Position numbers and translations under genes: made by a program | Origin: Promethearchaeota archaeon | GTDB lineage: Archaea > Asgardarchaeota > Hermodarchaeia > Hermodarchaeales > Hermodarchaeaceae | Length of the DNA: 11,695 bases | NCBI GenBank assembly: GCA_048938295.1 | Contig: JBHLMI010000020.1 | Span: 1 to 11,695 of the forward strand | Reading direction: 5' to 3' | In this document: in pieces, positions 6,755 to 11,695 of the stretch | Numbering within the stretch: position 1 is the first letter of the stretch | Layout of the letters: each line of letters starts with the position of its first letter | The notes under the pieces: model-generated | Database searches by the model: none | Told to the model about the DNA's origin: nothing | The model's input: only the letters and a program-made list of their open reading frames with translations

Positions 6755-8392
6755 TCAGGGAACAGGAAACAGTGGTCCCAAGGCCCCATATGCAGCTTGT
6801 GTGGCGAAGTCGATGAACAAGCCGGGGAAGAGGCCGAGCATGATGATAAACAGCATGAGGACACCGATGACGAAGAGCAGTGACCAGTGTGGTCGTTTCG
6901 CGGTGGCAGCTTCAGGACTGGGTTCAGCGAAGACCAGGATTTGGATCATTCTGAGGTAATAGACGACGCTGAAGGCACTCATTAGGACCAAGATGATTGT
7001 CGCCAGATATGTTTGGGCGACGATTGATCCCCAGATGATGTAGAACTTGCTGTAGAATCCGACTAGGGGCGGGACACCAGCGAGGGAGAGAGCAGCGATG
7101 GTGAAGCAGAACATCACGAAGGGCATCCGGCGACCCACGCCCTTGAGTTTGTCAAGATCACGAGTGCCCATTTGGTGTAGGAAGATGCCGGCGATTAAGA
7201 AGAGCATCCCCTTGGCCAGCATATGGGCGAAAATGTGGAGGAGACTGCCAGTCACTGAATAGAGCAGAGCGTTTTCAATGGTGGATGAAGTGGGAAGCCA
7301 GAGGGCGAGGGGCATCATGGCAATACTGAACCCGAAGATAATGAAGCCAACGTTGACGATTGTAGAATAAGCTAGCAGCCGTTTCAAGTCTTTCTGGGTC
7401 AGTGCCATGAGATTGCCATAGATTGTTGTAAATAAAGCAAACCAGCTGAGTACAGCGCCATAGTAGGTGAAAACGTAGGGGTCGAAGAAGAGGACAAGGA
7501 GGCGAATGAGGGCGTAAGCTCCGGTCATGATGACAACCCCACTAAGCATGGCACTGATGCCGCTTGGAGCAGCAGGATGGGCGTCGGGGAGCCACGTGGA
7601 GAGTGGTGCAATGGCGGCTTTGACACCAAAGCCGATGACAATGCCAACAATGGTGAAGATGAGCAGGCCATAAATCCCCGCGGTTGCCGGAGGTGAACTA
7701 GCGAGCAACGCGTTGATGGCCGCTCCGATTTCGTAAAGATTGAGGGTACCAGTCAGTCCATAGAGAATGGACATAGTGAATAGGATCAAGGTTGATCCGA
7801 CGGCGCTGAGAAGTAGGTATTTGAGCCCCGCTTCAAGAGGTTCAGCTTCCTCGCGGCGGAAGGCAACCAAGACATAACTGCTGATAGACATGGTTTCCCA
7901 GAGGATGAACAAGGTGAAGAAGTCCCCAGCAAATACGACACCAATCATCCCACCCACGAGGGTCAGTAATAGTGCAAAGTAGAGGGGGATCCGGGTATCG
8001 TGCTCCATGTACTTGATCGAGTAAATGGATACGAGGAAGGCCAGGAAGAGGAAGATGACAGCCATGTAGACCGAGAGGATGTCGATGCGGAAGAAGGTGG
8101 CACCTGTTGCGGCGTCATATGCACCTGGAGGCCAATACCAGATATCAATGGGCGTCCAGCTATTGTGAAAGAGCTGCCAATACAGGCCATAGGTTGAACC
8201 CCAAGGTGTCACAATTTGTAAAGGCCACAATACCATAAGCAGGCTCAAGATGAAGAAAATCGCTGCTAGAATGCCAAGTATTGTCTTTCGTCGATCCTGC
8301 CAGAATCTACCTAGTAGTGCGATGATGAGTGCTCCGATGAAAGGGAGCCAGACAGGGGTGAGTTGAATCCATTCTAAAGGTCCGATTGCCAT
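6755..8392 (-). CDS. nuoN: Antiporter-like membrane subunit of a complex I-like pump, NuoN position (NuoN/MrpD-like)
   Basis: About 14 hydrophobic segments. TM5 Glu (LWETM), TM7 Lys (GVKAAIAPLSTWLPDAHPAAP), LKRLLAYS, and TM12 Lys (AGVPPLVGFYSKF) as in NuoN/MrpD. Last gene of an L-M-N series. Confidence 0.78.
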   Translation of the reverse strand: MAIGPLEWIQLTPVWLPFIGALIIALLGRFWQDRRKTILGILAAIFFILSLLMVLWPLQIVTPWGSTYGLYWQLFHNSWTPIDIWYWPPGAYDAATGATFFRIDILSVYMAVIFLFLAFLVSIYSIKYMEHDTRIPLYFALLLTLVGGMIGVVFAGDFFTLFILWETMSISSYVLVAFRREEAEPLEAGLKYLLLSAVGSTLILFTMSILYGLTGTLNLYEIGAAINALLASSPPATAGIYGLLIFTIVGIVIGFGVKAAIAPLSTWLPDAHPAAPSGISAMLSGVVIMTGAYALIRLLVLFFDPYVFTYYGAVLSWFALFTTIYGNLMALTQKDLKRLLAYSTIVNVGFIIFGFSIAMMPLALWLPTSSTIENALLYSVTGSLLHIFAHMLAKGMLFLIAGIFLHQMGTRDLDKLKGVGRRMPFVMFCFTIAALSLAGVPPLVGFYSKFYIIWGSIVAQTYLATIILVLMSAFSVVYYLRMIQILVFAEPSPEAATAKRPHWSLLFVIGVLMLFIIMLGLFPGLFIDFATQAAYGALGPLFPVP

Positions 8393-8398
8393 CTTTTT

Positions 8399-8407
8399 TC
8401 AGCCTCC
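8399..8407 (-). promoter_or_regulatory. Shine-Dalgarno site of nuoN
   Basis: The minus strand reads TAA TGGAGGCTGAAAAAAG ATG between the nuoM stop (8409) and the nuoN start (8392). Confidence 0.7.
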
Positions 8408-8408
8408 A

Positions 8409-9983
8409 TTATGGGGTTAGGGGGAATCCTGTTGGGTTAAGTGGGAAAGCAAAGGGGAACTGATTTGTGAGTCCAATGAAGATCGGGTTGAGCACAATGA
8501 AGGGCAAAACACCGATGATTATGATGAGAGCAGCAAGTAGAAGCATGGGGAGTCGCATGGTCCATGGACTGTCTTCGATATTTTCCATTTCAGTGGGCGT
8601 AGATCCAAAGAACACCCGTTTAATGAACCAGAGGACATAAGCGGCAGTGACAGCTGATCCAGCTACAGCCAAGATTACCAACCAGATTGTATAAGCAAAG
8701 GCGGCTCCAGCAAAGATGAAGAATTCGGAGAAGAATCCAACCAGGGGTGGAGTGCCGGCAATACTAAGGGCCGCGATTAATGCAATGGTTGCGGTCCAGG
8801 GCATCTTCCTGGCCAGACCGCCCATGGCGTTAATATCACGGCCACGCTCATGACCCACTTTGACGATTAGGACGCCAGCGACCATAAACAAGAGACCTTT
8901 GCCTAAGGCATGGGTGAAGATATGGAAGGTGGCTCCTGCAACGCCAAGGAGCACCGCGGTTCCAAGTCCGAAGAAGATGTAGCCCATCTGGGATATAGAT
9001 GAATAGGCAAAGAGTCGTTTGGTGTCTTTTTGGGCTAGCGCCATGGCTCCGCCGTAAAACATCGTTATGACCCCAAAGATCATAATAATTGGTATGAAGG
9101 TTGCGAAGGCTGGTAACAGATAGCCCATCAGGATTCGGACAATCGCGTACGCGGCGGTGGCGATCATGACACCGGATAAGATGGCGCTAATGGGAGTAGG
9201 GGCTTCAGCGTGTGCGTCTGGAAGCCATGAGTGAATGGGAAAGATAGCCATTTTCACAGCAAACCCAATGGTGAAGAGGATGACTAAGATTTTCGTGATT
9301 TCAAAGAACGGTTGAGTAAACAGGCTTGGTATGCCACCGGGCCAGATCCAGTGTAAGTCGATTGTTGGAGTTAGTCCTGCTTGCGAGAAATCATAAAGGT
9401 TGAGTGTTGCAACTCCATTGTAAGCAGAAAGTGCATACATCCCAGCGATGCCTACGATGATGAGAACAGCACCGACATGTGTATAGATGAAGTATTTGAG
9501 GGCGATGTTGGTGGATTGGGGTTTAGTGCCCCATTCGGCGATGATGAAGTAGCTGGGGATCAGCATGAGCTCCCAGAGGATGTAGAACTGGAAGAGATTA
9601 GTTGCAATGACGACACCGAAGATCCCGGCGTTGTAGAGGAGGAGCAGCGCGTAGTATTTTCCTTTTCCATGTTCATCCTTCATATAAGCAAGCGAATAGA
9701 TGGTCGCGGCCATTGTAAGAACGATAATAATTCCAGCTACAGTGACGCTGAGTCCATCCAAGAGCCAGCCGAAGAGAAAAGGACCCCATATGAACCATTC
9801 GAAGTAGACGCCATTTAGAACCGCCTCCATCCAAGCCAGGAAGAAGGTGACTAAGCAGGCGAGCATGATTAGTACGGCAAAGATGCCGGCTGAACGTCCG
9901 TTTCGTTGTCCAATGATGTAAGTGATGAGTGATCCAATAATCATGAGCAACATGGTTACTGTGAGCCAAGGTAAGAGCGCCAT
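8409..9983 (-). CDS. nuoM: Complex I-like antiporter subunit M (NuoM/FpoM family)
   Basis: FYILWELMLIPSY (TM5 Glu), AVKMAIFPIHSWLPDAHAEAP (TM7 Lys, His), QKDTKRLFAYSSISQMG, HALGKGLLF, and AGTPPLVGFFSEF (TM12 Glu, diagnostic of NuoM). Confidence 0.9.
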   Translation of the reverse strand: MALLPWLTVTMLLMIIGSLITYIIGQRNGRSAGIFAVLIMLACLVTFFLAWMEAVLNGVYFEWFIWGPFLFGWLLDGLSVTVAGIIIVLTMAATIYSLAYMKDEHGKGKYYALLLLYNAGIFGVVIATNLFQFYILWELMLIPSYFIIAEWGTKPQSTNIALKYFIYTHVGAVLIIVGIAGMYALSAYNGVATLNLYDFSQAGLTPTIDLHWIWPGGIPSLFTQPFFEITKILVILFTIGFAVKMAIFPIHSWLPDAHAEAPTPISAILSGVMIATAAYAIVRILMGYLLPAFATFIPIIMIFGVITMFYGGAMALAQKDTKRLFAYSSISQMGYIFFGLGTAVLLGVAGATFHIFTHALGKGLLFMVAGVLIVKVGHERGRDINAMGGLARKMPWTATIALIAALSIAGTPPLVGFFSEFFIFAGAAFAYTIWLVILAVAGSAVTAAYVLWFIKRVFFGSTPTEMENIEDSPWTMRLPMLLLAALIIIIGVLPFIVLNPIFIGLTNQFPFAFPLNPTGFPLTP

Positions 9984-9989
9984 TTTGTT

Positions 9990-9996
9990 TCACCTC
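9990..9996 (-). promoter_or_regulatory. Shine-Dalgarno site of nuoM
   Basis: GAGGTGA overlaps the nuoL TGA stop and lies 6 nt before ATG 9983. Confidence 0.75.
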
Positions 9997-11695
9997 ATGG
10001 TAAGAAGGGAATGGGTATCATCAGCACGCCTCCTAGAAACTGGAACAGCAACAGGAGGATCAGGAGGACGAGGGCACCGATGAGCAGTAGAATCATGTTC
10101 CAACTGTGGACACCGGTTTGTATTCGACGCCACCAACGACTCAACCCAACGGAGCCGTCGGCGATTGCGTAATTTGCACGGTCAATGCCTTTGATTTCGA
10201 CCTTGTTGAACAGTCCTCGAGTGAGCCAGAGCCCACCATCGACGAAGACCTTGTACATTAGGGCATTCCAATACCAGCGGTTGTAGAGGAAGGTGTAAAT
10301 TTTACCCAAGAAGCCACGTCCCACAAATTCAGGGCTCCAGCTTCGTCGTACATAGAACATGTATCCAAGAATGCCTCCGATGAAGAGTACACCAAGAGTG
10401 ATGAGGAAAGTTGGAGAGAGGAACACCTCTTGGAAGAAGTGAATATACATTGTAATAACATCATAGATGTGTGGTGGTGTGGGAATAGAGGGGAAGGTAT
10501 CATGCCAGAACCCGAAGAAGAACTGCTTCAAGAAGGGTTCAAGGAAGCCGATAATAATTGATGCGAGGGCAAGAATCACTAGGGGTATCCACATTACTGC
10601 AGGAGCTTCATGGATTGGTTTTCCTTGAGCTATAAGGTCTTGGACGTTTTTACTAGGTTCCCCGAGAAAGGTTAAGCCAATCATACGAATACAATAGAAA
10701 AATGTGAGAATGGCTGTGATGGCTCCAACAACTAAGAAGATGGTGCCCCACGGATTACCCAACTCATATCCGAGGAACCATGCTGAAGCAAAGATCGCTT
10801 CTTTACTCCAAAATCCGCTAAATGGTGGGAAGCCACTTAGAGCAAAGACTCCTATCACCATCGTTGCAAAGGTAATTGGCATAGCTTTGCGGATACCACC
10901 CATGTCAGCCATATATTTACTATGAACAGTATGAAGCACAGCACCTGCACCAAGAAATAGCAGTGCCTTAAAGGCGGCATGAGCAGCCATATGGAACATG
11001 GCTGCAGTGTATCCGAGTATACCTTCTGCAGTAAAGGCGAAGATACCAATGGCCATAAACATGTATCCCAATTGACTGATGGTGCTGAACGCAAGGACTT
11101 TCTTTAATTCTTTCGAAACGAGGGCCATCGAAGCCGTCATGAATGCCGTAAAAGTACCGATAATAGCGATGATTAGAAAGAAGTTCGAGAGAACAATTTG
11201 TGCAATAGGGATAGCGATTTGATAGAAGGCTTCAACTAAGATTGGAGCCATACGGCCAACTAGATAGACTCCAGCTTTCACCATGGTGGCAGCATGAATG
11301 AGGGCAGATACGGTACTAGGACCTGCCATCGCTTCAGGAAGCCAAAACTGCAAAGGAAATTGTGCACTTTTTCCTATTGGACCTAGGAAGAATAGAAGTA
11401 AGACTGCAAACATTAATGCGCCATTTAAGACGAGGGCCATGTTAGCAAGCCAAGTAAAGTCAGAATTGAGAACTTGGTAGTTGAGGGTAGGATTACCAGC
11501 AGAGACTGTAAAGAAGAAGATAAAGATAATGGAAATGAGAAGACCAATATCACCGACTCGCGTAACAATAAAGGCTTTCATTCCGCAATGCGAATTTAAC
11601 TTGCCTTCGGTTAGGTCGCCTAATTGATCATCATGAACCATATTTGGTCTATTGTACCAGAAACCAATTAGAGCATAGGAGCAAAGTCCGACGAT
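9995..11695 (-). CDS. nuoL: Complex I-like antiporter subunit L (NuoL/FpoL family), 5'-truncated by the window edge
   Basis: The frame is open to base 11695 (IVGLCSYALIGFWYNRPN precedes the track's Met at 11641). Motifs: KAFIVTRVGD, GKSAQFPLQFWLPEAMAGPSTVSALIHAATMVKAGVYL, LAFSTISQLGYM, HAAFKALLFL, GFWSKE. A C-terminal lateral helix ends in IQTG plus a final TM helix, which distinguishes it from a short MrpA/MbhH type. Confidence 0.93.
   Translation of the reverse strand: MVGLCSYALIGFWYNRPNMVHDDQLGDLTEGKLNSHCGMKAFIVTRVGDIGLLISIIFIFFFTVSAGNPTLNYQVLNSDFTWLANMALVLNGALMFAVLLLFFLGPIGKSAQFPLQFWLPEAMAGPSTVSALIHAATMVKAGVYLVGRMAPILVEAFYQIAIPIAQIVLSNFFLIIAIIGTFTAFMTASMALVSKELKKVLAFSTISQLGYMFMAIGIFAFTAEGILGYTAAMFHMAAHAAFKALLFLGAGAVLHTVHSKYMADMGGIRKAMPITFATMVIGVFALSGFPPFSGFWSKEAIFASAWFLGYELGNPWGTIFLVVGAITAILTFFYCIRMIGLTFLGEPSKNVQDLIAQGKPIHEAPAVMWIPLVILALASIIIGFLEPFLKQFFFGFWHDTFPSIPTPPHIYDVITMYIHFFQEVFLSPTFLITLGVLFIGGILGYMFYVRRSWSPEFVGRGFLGKIYTFLYNRWYWNALMYKVFVDGGLWLTRGLFNKVEIKGIDRANYAIADGSVGLSRWWRRIQTGVHSWNMILLLIGALVLLILLLLFQFLGGVLMIPIPFLP

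Noticed and set aside
5396-6959. Short overlapping ORFs inside or opposite cysS and nuoN
   Set aside because: Fully overlapped by well-supported genes, with no family signal.
7963-11480. Small alternative-frame ORFs inside nuoN, nuoM and nuoL
   Set aside because: Shadow ORFs of long hydrophobic genes, with no support.
11585-11650. Met at 11641 as the nuoL start, and the loop insertion NRPNMVHDDQLGDLTEGKLNSH as a novel feature
   Set aside because: The frame continues to the window edge with conserved GLCSY.LIGFWY, so the Met is internal. Insertions in this loop are, to my recollection, common in archaeal NuoL.

Overview
Probable archaeal genomic window holding two energy-conservation loci on the minus strand, separated by a plus-strand cysS. 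Right half: the membrane arm of a complex I-like (Nuo/Fpo-type) ion pump, nuoL (5'-truncated by the window edge), nuoM and a nuoN/MrpD-like gene, with Shine-Dalgarno sites. Middle: a cysteinyl-tRNA synthetase with unusual active-site substitutions. Left half: A/V-type ATP synthase subunit I (a), followed by an ORF missing from the supplied track because it has no stop codon in the window. Translated by hand from the ATG at 2999, it stays open for 999 codons to base 1. It is a concatemer of at least 13 proteolipid (subunit K/c) hairpins of 76 aa each (228 bp; one of 80 aa), and every hairpin keeps the ion-binding Glu (LAEAL[GA]IYGLL). It probably encodes an entire rotor ring as one polypeptide, an architecture I know only from Methanopyrus kandleri, but here with an H+-type rather than Na+-type site. 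The taxon cannot be determined from the sequence alone.
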